A stretch of 64,000 nucleotides of DNA, taken from positions 608,001 through 672,000 of the forward strand of contig CAVSFC010000002.1 of NCBI GenBank assembly GCA_963727255.1. Direction: 5' to 3'. The stretch is from an uncultured bacterium (GTDB taxonomy: Bacteria; Babelota; Babeliae; Babelales; Vermiphilaceae). This document shows positions 21,786 through 32,186 of the stretch, piece by piece. Position numbers and translations under genes: made by a program. The notes under the pieces were generated by a model. It made no database searches, was not told the DNA's origin, and was given only the letters and a program-made list of their open reading frames with translations. The stretch's first letter is position 1. Every line of letters begins with the position of its first letter.

Positions 21786-23180
21786 ATGCATAATAAAATC
21801 ATCGTTTTAGCAGCTGGCATCTTTGGAGTATTATGTGCAAGCGAACCCGTAGCAATTAAATTTCCCCAAGATATAAAAGCATATATCATCAGTTTTATTA
21901 AAGAGTCGACAAAAACACGCACTTTAAGGACATTTAAAAATCTCAATCTCATTAATAAAGAATGGAATCAAACGCTTGCCGATCCCTATATTTTTAAACA
22001 ACTGGTTATCCAGTTGGTAGACCAGGAAGGTAAGCTTGATGAACAGTGGATTAGAAAAGAAATGGGTAATATGAAAGGTTATGAATCTGAAGTGGTTCAA
22101 AATTGGTTAAAGCAATTAATTCAACAAAGATACCAGTTAATTGAAGCTATAGAAAAAGATGATGGGCAAACGGTTGCGGAAATTCTTAATCAAAATAAGA
22201 TCTTGATGTATAAAGAATTGAGTGGTGGTGAATATCCTATTAAGAGAGCACTCAATAAAAGCAAGCAATCAGTTTTAAAAGTATTACTTAATTTTAATGG
22301 ACGGGATTTTAATCATAAATTGCAGCAAGTATTGAAATCGGTTTCACATCGTAACGTATCTTTTATTTGTGAATTTTTTGCAAAGATTGCTGCGGCAGAC
22401 TCAGCCCATGATACTGAATGGGAGCAAATATTTAAAAACTTGAACATTTTTAAAGAATTGGTTGCTTGTATTGCTAAAAAGAGTGGCAATTATGATGTAG
22501 TTCTGATTGCAAATAGGTTAATTACTTCAAGTAAAACCCAACATCCTGAAATCCTACAATGGCTTATAGCACTCAAAGAGCAAAGCGTACAAGAAAAACT
22601 TTTATTTCAAGCAGTAAAAGACGATAATTCACAACAAATTGAAAAACTTGTTACAGAGCAGAAAGTTAACATTAATGCGAGGGATGCATATAATAGTACT
22701 CCTCTTTTCAAGGCCGCATCAGGAGATAAGTTTAACGCAGTTCAGACATTATTAAAGTTGCAAGCTGCTGTTGACTTGCCAGATATGCATGATGGCAGCC
22801 CATTAAAACGTGCTGCAAGTAAAAACCATTTAAATATTGTGAAAGCATTGCTTGCTGCTGGCGCAGATCCCAATCGCGCAGATGCTGAAGATTTCACGGG
22901 TCTTATGAATGCGGCAGAGGGGGGAAATTATGGCGTATGCGAAGCCTTGATTGCTGCCGGCGCACAGTTGAATTTGCAAGAGAGATATGGAGCTACAGCC
23001 CTTATGCATGCGGTTGAGCGTAAAAATTTTAATCTCACTGAGCTTTTATTAAAAAACGGTGCCTACCCACATATAAGGGATTACCATGGGCAATCAGCAT
23101 TTTCGATTGCCAAAATGAATGGGGATGCGCTCATGATTAATCTCCTGCAGAAGTACAAGAGCGCTTCTCAAAATAAATAA
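21786..23180 (+). CDS. Exported ankyrin-repeat protein with F-box-like N-terminus
   Basis: Signal peptide; KFPQDIKAYIISF...LINKEWNQ; about 5 ankyrin repeats (STPLFKAA, SPLKRAA, TGLMNAA, TALMHAV). Confidence 0.9.
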   Translation: MHNKIIVLAAGIFGVLCASEPVAIKFPQDIKAYIISFIKESTKTRTLRTFKNLNLINKEWNQTLADPYIFKQLVIQLVDQEGKLDEQWIRKEMGNMKGYESEVVQNWLKQLIQQRYQLIEAIEKDDGQTVAEILNQNKILMYKELSGGEYPIKRALNKSKQSVLKVLLNFNGRDFNHKLQQVLKSVSHRNVSFICEFFAKIAAADSAHDTEWEQIFKNLNIFKELVACIAKKSGNYDVVLIANRLITSSKTQHPEILQWLIALKEQSVQEKLLFQAVKDDNSQQIEKLVTEQKVNINARDAYNSTPLFKAASGDKFNAVQTLLKLQAAVDLPDMHDGSPLKRAASKNHLNIVKALLAAGADPNRADAEDFTGLMNAAEGGNYGVCEALIAAGAQLNLQERYGATALMHAVERKNFNLTELLLKNGAYPHIRDYHGQSAFSIAKMNGDALMINLLQKYKSASQNK

Positions 23181-23235
23181 TGAAATTAAAGAAAGTTTGG
23201 TAGGAACCGATATTCTCATGCGCGCGTTAAAATAT

Positions 23236-24570
23236 TCAAGGAATGCGCGATGCTCGTAAGGTGGCCATAAGTGATTCTGCTTGAGCGCATAAGGATGACG
23301 ATATTTTTTGCTCAGAAACAATCTTAAAATGCTCGTGCGCCTCTTGTAATTGCGTATCATCGGTTGCAAGAAGCTTTGCTAATTCATAGTGAGCGTATAT
23401 TTTCTCAGCAGGTAAAACTGATTCATTCTCAATAAAATGCTCATAGCAATATCGCGCAATTTCAATGTCTTTTTCGATTGCGGCGACGCTTTTTTTACCC
23501 GAAAATAATTGGGCCAAAGCCCAAAGGGCGTCCGCTTTGGCGGATTTAAAAGTATCTTGGAATACTACGGGTAACAAAAAGCTTATATATAATGAATAAT
23601 TTTCTTTTAACCAATAAATATCGGCTAACTTTTGATGTGCAGAAATCCAGAGGCTTTGCTCAGGATTAATCTCTTTATCTTCAATAACTTCCTTAAGATA
23701 GGAAATCGCTTTTTCAGCATTTTGCGGAACACCTTTTCCATATTGGTGCGCGTGAGCGAACCCAATACAGCTATGCCAACGAGCGACTAAAAAGGAGTTT
23801 TGATTATATGCCTTTTGCCAGCAGTCTAATGCAAATTGATAGTCGTGTTGGTTCTTAGGTAGGCTTTCACTATACAGTAGGCCAAGTCCAACGTATGAAA
23901 GGGCTTGGGCTTTTTTATTATGATCTTGAGCTGCGCCATTTCTAAAATGCTGCTCGCTGTATTTTAAATTCTTTGGGATGTAAGCTCCGCGAAGATATGC
24001 TATTGCCAGGCTTGGGAGCCAGATTGGATTTTGTTTTACCTCTTGCGGATCATGGAATACCAAGAATAATGAATTTAGCGTGATTCTCAATTTATCAGGA
24101 GTCATCAAATTCTGCGCATTTCCTATGTAGAAAAATTCAGAAGCGGTATCGTTAATAGCAAAATAGTTTATATCTTCAGCAGTTGCTATATGCACCCCAT
24201 TTACCGGATTAATCGGATTATCTATCTCATTGCTCGAAGGGAGGAGCATACCATTAAAAAGCCATTTATTAAGTATTTCAGCAGAAAAAGAGTGTTCAAA
24301 AGTCTTATTGTTTTTTCGAGTAAACAGATATGCCAAGATAAAACCCCGTTTATCTTGCTCTTGGCGCTTGATAAGCCGTATAAATTTTTCTTTGCATATA
24401 GGTTCAATTTCGCTTAAATTTACGTTTCTTTGGAATGCCGGCTTTCCATCCTTACCCGGAAAATTAAGGACTTTTTTAAGAGCGCTGGTAACCTCTTTAT
24501 CAGGCTTTTTCATGGAAAGAAGGGGGGCCGAGAATACCAGAAAGAAAGAGAGAGCTGCTTGATAATTCAT
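23236..24570 (-). CDS. Exported Sel1/TPR-like repeat protein
   Basis: Signal LLS|MKK; LAIAYLRGAYIPKN, YGKGVPQNAEKAISY, IEKDIEIARYCY. Confidence 0.8.
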   Translation of the reverse strand: MNYQAALSFFLVFSAPLLSMKKPDKEVTSALKKVLNFPGKDGKPAFQRNVNLSEIEPICKEKFIRLIKRQEQDKRGFILAYLFTRKNNKTFEHSFSAEILNKWLFNGMLLPSSNEIDNPINPVNGVHIATAEDINYFAINDTASEFFYIGNAQNLMTPDKLRITLNSLFLVFHDPQEVKQNPIWLPSLAIAYLRGAYIPKNLKYSEQHFRNGAAQDHNKKAQALSYVGLGLLYSESLPKNQHDYQFALDCWQKAYNQNSFLVARWHSCIGFAHAHQYGKGVPQNAEKAISYLKEVIEDKEINPEQSLWISAHQKLADIYWLKENYSLYISFLLPVVFQDTFKSAKADALWALAQLFSGKKSVAAIEKDIEIARYCYEHFIENESVLPAEKIYAHYELAKLLATDDTQLQEAHEHFKIVSEQKISSSLCAQAESLMATLRASRIP

Positions 24571-24688
24571 ATCGGTTTTTCCTAATTAAGATTAAATAAG
24601 GAATATTCTTAATGGATATTTATAGAAGTATAATTAAATAATGTTATTCTAAAAAGCAATCTATTAGGGACTTTTGATGAGATATTGT

Positions 24689-25669
24689 ATGCCACAATTA
24701 TTGAAAAAAATTATTTTTCTTACTCTTGTATTCGTAAGCTTCTCTGGTACTCAAATAAGGCCCGAAGTAATGCATACTGATTCTGAATTAGATTTTAAGG
24801 AAAAGGTGCGAAATCGAATTGTGTGGGGCGGTTCGCATGCTCAAGAGGAATTTATTCGTTGTATTCAACAGCAGGATCCTGAATGTATCAAAAATATTCC
24901 CATTTCTTCTAAGGCCTCGGTGTTACAAGGGGATAGCTTGCGAGCAATCACCAAAGAATTAGCGAGTAAGCCATATCTTAAAAATAGATTGGAGATGCTG
25001 CGCGCTCTTATTGAGAAAGTGGGGAGCATACAAGAATGGTATAATAGATACCATTTTAATATTACTAATTTGAACTATCAGCCGCTTCTGGAATCGGTGA
25101 TCGGGAACAATGATGAAGCCCTTTTTGATTTTCTCCTTGCTTCAGGAATTCATCCTGATCACATTAAAAATCAGAGAGGTGAAACGCCCCTTTTTAAAGC
25201 AATACAATTTGAGCGATTGGAAATGCTTAAAAAATTAATTGCTCATGGGGCCGATATTACGATTCAAGGAAATTATCTTCAAACGCCTCTTCACTGCGCA
25301 GCGTATATGGCACTTAAAAAACCTCAGATTATCGATGAGTTAATTAAAGCTGGCGCAGATGTCAATGCGCACAATAAATTTGGTGAAACGCCGCTCCATG
25401 ATGCTGTTGGATGCCAGGCGGGTTTGTATTCGGATTCTAATATCAAAACCATTGAAGCGCTCTTGAAAAATGGCGCATGGATTGATCGCAGCCCTAACAA
25501 GAAAAAATCGCCATTAGCATATGCTGAGGGTTTGGCAGAGAGTGCATGTAAAATGCAAATGGAATGGGTTGCGCGAACGGGTAACTGGCCTTGTGCAACT
25601 GATCCTTGCAAGAAGCTGCAAGATACTATTTTGCTGATGAATGAATATCTTAAAAAAGATAATCAATAA
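24689..25669 (+). CDS. Exported ankyrin-repeat protein
   Basis: Signal peptide; GETPLFKAI, QTPLHCAA, GETPLHDAV. Confidence 0.9.
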   Translation: MPQLLKKIIFLTLVFVSFSGTQIRPEVMHTDSELDFKEKVRNRIVWGGSHAQEEFIRCIQQQDPECIKNIPISSKASVLQGDSLRAITKELASKPYLKNRLEMLRALIEKVGSIQEWYNRYHFNITNLNYQPLLESVIGNNDEALFDFLLASGIHPDHIKNQRGETPLFKAIQFERLEMLKKLIAHGADITIQGNYLQTPLHCAAYMALKKPQIIDELIKAGADVNAHNKFGETPLHDAVGCQAGLYSDSNIKTIEALLKNGAWIDRSPNKKKSPLAYAEGLAESACKMQMEWVARTGNWPCATDPCKKLQDTILLMNEYLKKDNQ

Positions 25670-25689
25670 TTATTTTACTGGACCTGTAT

Positions 25690-26091
25690 ATGCTAAAATT
25701 ATTTAAATCTCTAATTTTTCTCACAATTCTTGGAATTGCTTTTCCAAATTGTGCGGCACAACTGAAAAATGGCCAAAAAGTGCAAAATGTGTTAGATTTC
25801 TGCCGTATTAATGCCGATAATGAACACTGCCAAGCGATTGAGCAGACTTTAAATTATTTTAAAAATAAACAAGAATCAAAATTAAATCCGAACATGCTGG
25901 ATCTTGCAAATAGAAATCTCTATGACAGAGCATGTTATTTGGGAAGACAATTAAATTGGGATTCCGCGCGGGTGATCGAAGAAACTCAAATTTTGCATAA
26001 TGAGCTTAAAATACTTTTACTTCTTAATGAAAAGCGTCAGCAAAAAATTAAACTAACTAGAGAAGAACTGTTAAATAGCGCTTCATTCTAG
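25690..26091 (+). CDS. Exported hypothetical protein
   Basis: N-terminal signal peptide. Confidence 0.7.
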   Translation: MLKLFKSLIFLTILGIAFPNCAAQLKNGQKVQNVLDFCRINADNEHCQAIEQTLNYFKNKQESKLNPNMLDLANRNLYDRACYLGRQLNWDSARVIEETQILHNELKILLLLNEKRQQKIKLTREELLNSASF

Positions 26092-26447
26092 AGATCATCA
26101 AGGATTGAATCAGGTTCGTAGGGATCAATAGAAGGAGACTGCTGGATGTTGGTAGTCTGAATATTCTTTGGCAGATAATTGAATTTGGTTCTATTGGAGA
26201 TGTCCATGAGAGACGAAGATCGTTTTTTGATAATTGTAAATAGTGATTTTTTTTGCTCGCTTGGTATTTTTTGCAAGCCGAGCTGCTTCTTACATGCAGT
26301 AAGTGATTGTATTAATTCCGGATTAGTTATTTTAAAGAAAAAATATGAATTTTTTCTAGGGGAATTCATTGGGCTAATGGTGGTCCTCAACATAGCTGGG
26401 AGTGGTATGATTGCAAAAAGGGCTAGGATTGAGAGTAATGATTTCAT
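26088..26447 (-). CDS. Exported hypothetical protein
   Basis: RBS agga; signal LPA|MLR. Confidence 0.65.
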   Translation of the reverse strand: MKSLLSILALFAIIPLPAMLRTTISPMNSPRKNSYFFFKITNPELIQSLTACKKQLGLQKIPSEQKKSLFTIIKKRSSSLMDISNRTKFNYLPKNIQTTNIQQSPSIDPYEPDSILDDL

Positions 26448-26538
26448 GAGTTTTTCCTAAATTAGAAATTTAATGCATTCTATTGTACGCTTTTTTACTG
26501 ATAAATAAAGATCAAATCAACTTAAAAAAGGCTTTTTT

Positions 26539-27051
26539 ATGAACAATAAAATTATCTTATTATTATTAATGATGTTTGGATCTCCTATTGCTCATGCAAA
26601 TCAAGCAACTATTACTTTTGAAATAGATGCGCGCAATATTCCTCATCTTACTCCGCAAGAATGGCATACATTTTATTTTAGTAAATTAAGAACGAAAGAA
26701 GAAAAAGATTGCATCATCACGATGATCAAGCAGGCAAAGGGCAATGCTCAGGATGCACTGAAGGTGATTAACAGTTTAAACGCCCAACTTGAGGTAAAAG
26801 ATATACCGGTACTTGCAAATGTGGTAGCTCGCGCAACAAGCTTTAATTTTTCACTCGATAGAAAATTTCATTATTTGGCCCCAGTTGTGTATGGTTTTGT
26901 ACGGATCATCACCGATGTCTCTGAATCGGAATTTCCTGAATATCTCTCATTTAATAATTCTGATGCATTTTCGAGCGTGATTCCCGCATTATCAAGACTT
27001 GTGGAAAAAGTGATTACTCGCTCCAATGAATGTCTGCAATTAACGCAATGA
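26539..27051 (+). CDS. Exported hypothetical protein
   Basis: Signal ending AHA. Confidence 0.7.
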   Translation: MNNKIILLLLMMFGSPIAHANQATITFEIDARNIPHLTPQEWHTFYFSKLRTKEEKDCIITMIKQAKGNAQDALKVINSLNAQLEVKDIPVLANVVARATSFNFSLDRKFHYLAPVVYGFVRIITDVSESEFPEYLSFNNSDAFSSVIPALSRLVEKVITRSNECLQLTQ

Positions 27052-27075
27052 TTTTTCTACGAAACTTTCTAAATA

Positions 27076-27162
27076 CATTTCTCGACTCGCGTAACCGCTT
27101 GCTCGAAATGAACGGTCCTCCCCGTTCGCCTCGATGGAGGCCGCAGGCCGAGTAGAGAGGTT
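27076..27162. repeat. Palindromic repeat
   Basis: tttctcgactcg...ctcgaaatgaacgg-ccgttcgcctcga...gagagg; modules shared with 10762 and 41459. Confidence 0.75.
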
Positions 27163-27263
27163 CTTAATACCTCACTCCTCTTGCTTGGCGATTTTTTTAT
27201 TGTTAATTCCTCTAAATTCATGATAAAGAAATTATAAAGATCTCTTAAGAGATTATAGGAGAA

Positions 27264-27918
27264 ATGATGAAAAAGATTATAGTTTTACTCATTTTTGTTT
27301 TTGCAGGGTTGCCGGCCCAAGAATATTCGTTCAAATTATTTACTGGCAAAGATGTGCAAGCCATTGTGCCTTTTATGGCGCAGCAAAGAATTTCTGAATT
27401 CCGAGAGTATCCCTATTTATATGAAGGTAATATTGCAGAAGAAACTGAATATTGCCAATGGTTTGCGCAACTGCCTCATTCTGCAGTTGCCGTTGCCTAT
27501 CTGGATGGCAAACCGGTGGGATTTGTAAGCGGCACAAGTTTTGCCGATTTCGATGTGCATTTTAAAGGATCGATAGCGCTCTTTGAGAATAATGGTTTAG
27601 ATCCACACAATTTTATATATATTCCCGAAGCAATTATTATGCCCGAACATCGGGGAAAATCATTAATAGAAAAATTGCATGCTTTAATTGAAAAGCATGC
27701 AAAATCATTAGGATATAAAGGTATCTGCTTTGCAGAAGAAAGCCATGATAAACATCCCTTGAAGCCGGCCAGTTATAAAGGGCGTGAGGAGCTTTATTTT
27801 AGGGAGGGGCTATACTAAAACACATATGATAATCAAATTCCCGTGGCTCACCATCCAAGCTGATGGCTCATTAAAGGATGAGGATCATGAATTATGCTAT
27901 TGGATTAAAAATCTTTGA
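27264..27918 (+). CDS. GNAT acetyltransferase with N-terminal signal peptide (C-terminal frameshift)
   Basis: FREYPYLYEG, IMPEHRGKSL; continuation GYTK...LCYWIKNL* in another frame. Confidence 0.8.
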
Positions 27919-27927
27919 TGGGGCAAA

Positions 27928-28986
27928 TTGATGCGAATTATTTATAGCATATTGTTTGTAGGGATTTTTCCGCTTCTTGGCATGGAGAAAGCACCGACAA
28001 CGAGTAAATCTCGCGATACAATAGCATTTTTGCAACAAGTTGAAGAGCCATTTCGCTTAAAAGAAGGTTCAACTAATTTTGCTCGAGAAAAAATTCAAGA
28101 GGGAAATCAGATACTCAAAAAAATTGCAGCTAACCCGGGGGCAATGCAGGCTGAATGCAAGAAAATGCAACAGAGTAGGCAGGAACTCGATGAAGCATCA
28201 TTTCTAGCACAGCAAAAAATGATGCTTCATCAGATTATTGCAATTGCATGGGCGATCTATAATAAGGCGGTGGAAAAAGGGGAAGGATTTACCGGAGGGA
28301 CCATTGTTATCATAGATCCTGAGTACGCACTCTTTAATTTTTTATTTAATTATGTTTGCTTTGTTAATCCGACAATTGTAAGCGGTAAAAATCCGTCCCT
28401 TATTATTTCCAATAGCCCTTTTGGTTATTCTCGGCTTTCTACTCATTTTGTTGAATTGCAAAAATTAAAAAATTTTGAAGGGCACTATGGAATTGATATG
28501 AGGTACGATGAAGGAAACTTGCAGCCCTTATTGCCTGGCAATAAGCAACATATTCTCTTTGGAAAGCTCTTGCACTTAGCTATTCCATTAACATTTATCA
28601 AATTTGAAACCTATGGTTTGAAATTTGAAAAAAAAGAGATGCTTAAACATGTTGAAAAAGCTGTGCAAAAGGGTAAAAAAGATATTCTGAAAAGCCATAA
28701 AAAGCTTTTTTCTCGCCGAGAAGATGTGCCTGAAGAAGTAAAAAATAGATTTAGGCATCTTTTTAAAAGGTTGCCCAAAGAAGAACAAATACGGGTGAAA
28801 GCTGAGCTTTCTAAGCAATTTAAACATATACGATCGTATTATGCGCTGGCAAAAAAGTTAGCTGCTCAGTCTCAAAAATATTCTCAAGAAGCCAAGCAAT
28901 TTGTTGAGTATCTTGAACGCCATTATGATCATCTTGATGTCAGAAGAGGTGATGAGGTGATCCTTGAACTGAAGGAATTTGTCTGA
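27928..28986 (+). CDS. Exported hypothetical protein
   Basis: Signal LLG|MEK; 352-aa intact ORF. Confidence 0.8.
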   Translation: MMRIIYSILFVGIFPLLGMEKAPTTSKSRDTIAFLQQVEEPFRLKEGSTNFAREKIQEGNQILKKIAANPGAMQAECKKMQQSRQELDEASFLAQQKMMLHQIIAIAWAIYNKAVEKGEGFTGGTIVIIDPEYALFNFLFNYVCFVNPTIVSGKNPSLIISNSPFGYSRLSTHFVELQKLKNFEGHYGIDMRYDEGNLQPLLPGNKQHILFGKLLHLAIPLTFIKFETYGLKFEKKEMLKHVEKAVQKGKKDILKSHKKLFSRREDVPEEVKNRFRHLFKRLPKEEQIRVKAELSKQFKHIRSYYALAKKLAAQSQKYSQEAKQFVEYLERHYDHLDVRRGDEVILELKEFV

Positions 28987-29041
28987 TTGCTAGTCAGTTT
29001 TTTTAATGGATTGCCAATAAAATCAACTTTTTTACATACTA

Positions 29042-29512
29042 CTAATGTGGAAATGCATAATGCCTGGTTCCATCGGGTGATACAAAAGAAGGTGTCTCCT
29101 GTTTGTAATGCGCCTTTTCTGCTTGTTCTTCGGTAACTCCTTCACACATGTGCCGTGGGTAACTGTGAACAGCCGGACCTCGTGCATGAGAATAGAGGCC
29201 GTTTCCTTTATACCTGTACTCTGCAACTGCAAACTCTACATCAAGAAGGTCGGCTAATTCTTGCCCATACTTTCCTTGTTCAATAAGTTTTCTGGAAATA
29301 TCGCCGGTATTACCGGATTTATATCTCGATTTTACTCGTGCTAGAACCTCAGCTTCATGCTTTTTTTCATCTGCTATAATCTTCTGCTCTTCTTGAATCC
29401 TAGCCTCAGCGTATCTCTCAACTCGGTCTAAATGCTTGTAATGGTCTTCCTCAGACATCCCAAGAATTGAAGATCCACTGAATAAGCCGAGAGTTAATAA
29501 CAATTTCTGCAT
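29042..29512 (-). CDS. Exported hypothetical protein
   Basis: Signal ILG|MSE. Confidence 0.7.
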   Translation of the reverse strand: MQKLLLTLGLFSGSSILGMSEEDHYKHLDRVERYAEARIQEEQKIIADEKKHEAEVLARVKSRYKSGNTGDISRKLIEQGKYGQELADLLDVEFAVAEYRYKGNGLYSHARGPAVHSYPRHMCEGVTEEQAEKAHYKQETPSFVSPDGTRHYAFPH

Positions 29513-29525
29513 GATGAAAAGTACT

Positions 29526-29795
29526 TTATTCTATTTTCTTAAATCGTGGAACTTGTATTCCATCACTATCTACCATTTCAAAAAACATCTTTTTTGGTCT
29601 AATCCAAAGCGATCCCGCTGGAATCTTTGTTCCTTCAGGCTCCAATGTTGCTTCATATAATTGCTTATACACCACAAATTCTTGGCTTGGATCTTCACTA
29701 AACCGCGCAATGCCGATCACTTCATAGTATTTGCCGGTTCTATAGTGTTGATAAATTGCGGGTTTGATGGTTTGTTCTTGAACGCAGTATTCCAT
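29526..29795 (-). CDS. DUF1653 family protein
   Basis: YQHY...YEVIGIA..SE...VVYKQLY...LWIRP..MF...PRF. Confidence 0.88.
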   Translation of the reverse strand: MEYCVQEQTIKPAIYQHYRTGKYYEVIGIARFSEDPSQEFVVYKQLYEATLEPEGTKIPAGSLWIRPKKMFFEMVDSDGIQVPRFKKIE

Positions 29796-29813
29796 ACAAT
29801 GCCTTTAGTGAAT

Positions 29814-30641
29814 TTAGAATAACTTATAAAACAATGATTCTGGCATGAGCTTCATGGCCCATGCAATGAGGCGCCAGCGCTTGGTAACATACGCATGTTT
29901 TCTTTTTTGTTCAATGGCATCGGCAATTTGTTGTGCCGCTTCTTGCGGCGTTGCGCGCCAAAAATCTGATGGCTCCCGATCAGCGCCACAGCTGCCGCGC
30001 ATGGCCGTCCACACAAGTCCTGGTTCTATGGTGGTAACATGAATCGGTTTATTGAGTTTCATAAATCTACCGCGCAAGCCATGCAAATAGTTGGATACAT
30101 AGGCTTTTGAAGCGCTGTAGGTTGGCGCTGCGCTTGATCCGCGCACCGCCAGGAGCGATGATATGCCCACTAAATGCCCATGACCTTGCCGAATAAAATA
30201 ATCGGTTGCAACACTGGCCATCGCAGTGAAACCTAATACATTTATATCGATAATTTCTTTTTGTTTTTCCCACGATAAATCGCAATTGCCAACTGCTGCA
30301 TTGATGATAAGAATATCCATACCACCCATCTCGCCGATAAGCTCTTTGAGTTGCGCTTGAGCTTGCTCAGCTTGAGCAATATCCATCCGTTTTATGAATG
30401 TTCTTGTAGGAATTTCTGAACTGATTTTTTCCAAAAGATGTTTTCTTCTTCCGGTTAATCCAACAAGAGCGCCCCTCTTTGCCAATTCTTTTGCAAGTGC
30501 TTCCCCGATTCCTGAAGTCGCTCCAATGATGATCACCTTCTTATTGGTAAACGCAATAAGCGTGCGTTTATTAAAAAATACGAAATAGAGGATGCTGATG
30601 ATGAGTGCAGTGAAAAAAATAGATTTCACCAAGAAGCTCAT
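29814..30641 (-). CDS. Short-chain dehydrogenase/reductase with N-terminal TM
   Basis: GATSGIG, INAA, YSASK. Confidence 0.92.
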   Translation of the reverse strand: MSFLVKSIFFTALIISILYFVFFNKRTLIAFTNKKVIIIGATSGIGEALAKELAKRGALVGLTGRRKHLLEKISSEIPTRTFIKRMDIAQAEQAQAQLKELIGEMGGMDILIINAAVGNCDLSWEKQKEIIDINVLGFTAMASVATDYFIRQGHGHLVGISSLLAVRGSSAAPTYSASKAYVSNYLHGLRGRFMKLNKPIHVTTIEPGLVWTAMRGSCGADREPSDFWRATPQEAAQQIADAIEQKRKHAYVTKRWRLIAWAMKLMPESLFYKLF

Positions 30642-31450
30642 AGCTCAATCTCCATAAGTTCTTGTGCAATCTCTTGCGGGGTATTTATTTTGCTATTGAA
30701 AATCAATGCATAGCGATGGCGTGGTGCCAACAGAATTTCATCCTGCTCATCAAGTTTGAATTGTTTAACAAAATCAATTTTGAATGTTTCTAATTTAGGG
30801 AAATATTCTTTGGGAATATTGTGATCAATTAATTCTTGAATAGCCGCATCAAGCGCAGATTTCATTAAGTCTGTTTTTACATTATCAACTATTGGTTGAT
30901 AACTTTTATCTCGCACTTTATACATTGCGGGGAATTGCTCAAATGATAAAAATGCATGTCGGAATTCTTCAGGTTTTCCGCAAGCATTTCGCGTATTAAC
31001 TCGCTCGAGTAAAATATCTAGCGGGCAATATAATAAAAAAGTATTGAGTCTCGAGTCCTTAAAAAAGTCAAATAATTGCTGATAAGCACTTTCATATTCA
31101 AGAACCGTATCGATAATCACATTTTTACCTGCAAGAGCATAATCTTTTGCAATTCGATACATCGGTTGGATGTTGGTAAAAAGTATTTCTCGCAATTCCG
31201 TGTCAAAATAATATTTGCCAGTTTTTTGTGTTAAATAATTATGTAAATAAAGCCAAGGGTCAACCTGCAATTGTTCATGCCATCCAAGCTCGCATGCTTT
31301 TTCTTTTAATTCGTTAACAAAAAAATCATCAACTTTTAATTGCAAAAGATCGGGTTTGCATTTGTGAAGCTCTTTTAAAAGTGCTGATTTTCCTGAAGAG
31401 GAAGCGCCGTTCAGAAGAGAGATAATGCCTTTATTAGTAGATGCCATCAT
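30638..31450 (-). CDS. Chloramphenicol phosphotransferase-like P-loop kinase
   Basis: LNGASSSGKS, GKNVIIDTV, YCPLDILLER. Confidence 0.8.
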   Translation of the reverse strand: MMASTNKGIISLLNGASSSGKSALLKELHKCKPDLLQLKVDDFFVNELKEKACELGWHEQLQVDPWLYLHNYLTQKTGKYYFDTELREILFTNIQPMYRIAKDYALAGKNVIIDTVLEYESAYQQLFDFFKDSRLNTFLLYCPLDILLERVNTRNACGKPEEFRHAFLSFEQFPAMYKVRDKSYQPIVDNVKTDLMKSALDAAIQELIDHNIPKEYFPKLETFKIDFVKQFKLDEQDEILLAPRHRYALIFNSKINTPQEIAQELMEIEL

Positions 31451-31561
31451 GGTCCCTATTTATAAATTTAGTCACAATTATCAGCGACTACGGGCAAAAG
31501 ATCAAGATCTGGAATCTTAAGTTGGGCTATTAATTACGCTATAATCAGTAAAATTAATCAT

Positions 31562-31999
31562 TTATTTTTTTGATTCTGAGTGCTCTTTTATAACTTCAGC
31601 AAGTTCGCGCAATACATAAAAAGCAAAACCAATAAGTGATTCATCCCGTTTTTTAGATGCATGTTTTTCTTGTAATTCTTTCTCAGTTTTTGCTTTTTCT
31701 TTTACATGTTCTATGCATGATTCTCGTATTTCTTCAATAGATTTATTAGAGTCAGGTTCGAATGATTTTAACCAATGATGCTCAAAAAATTTGCGTGAGC
31801 GCGGGTTAAAACTTTTACATGCTTTAACAGATCGTTCTAATTCAATTTGCAATTCTTCTGCCACGCGCTTAAGCTTTTTTTCCCGCTCTATGTATTTATT
31901 AAAGCTTTTATCGAGTGCTTCAGGATCTTTCACTGCTAAGAGGGTATTAGAATAGGGGCCAAAAATAAGGAAGGAAAGCAATAGCATTGTTCTTTTCAT
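31562..31999 (-). CDS. Exported coiled-coil hypothetical protein
   Basis: Signal MKRTMLLLSFLIF...LLA; charged helical body. Confidence 0.7.
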   Translation of the reverse strand: MKRTMLLLSFLIFGPYSNTLLAVKDPEALDKSFNKYIEREKKLKRVAEELQIELERSVKACKSFNPRSRKFFEHHWLKSFEPDSNKSIEEIRESCIEHVKEKAKTEKELQEKHASKKRDESLIGFAFYVLRELAEVIKEHSESKK

Positions 32000-32114
32000 A
32001 TAAATATCCATTATAAGATGAGGTATGTTTGGATGAACTATTATAGTTTGATTATAGCTTCAAAAGCTGCTTTGTAAAGAAATAGATCTAATGATTTGTT
32101 TCAATCTGAATATT

Positions 32115-32172
32115 TATTCGTCGAAAGCAGAAGACCCCCGAATTTGAAACTGGGAATGAATGGCGTGAGAAT
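32115..32172. repeat. Degenerate copy of the left end of the 4849 element
   Basis: tattcgtcgaaagcagaagacccc...ctgggaatgaatggcgtgagaat versus tattctccgacgccagaaaacc...ctggggatgaatggcgggagaat. Confidence 0.55.
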
Positions 32173-32186
32173 ATCCAACTTCAAAT

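Noticed and set aside
25690..26091. C-terminal KLTREELL as a second eIF4E-binding motif
   Set aside because: It lacks the essential Tyr.
30638..31450. Chloramphenicol resistance gene
   Set aside because: Only family-level P-loop similarity is visible; substrate cannot be inferred.
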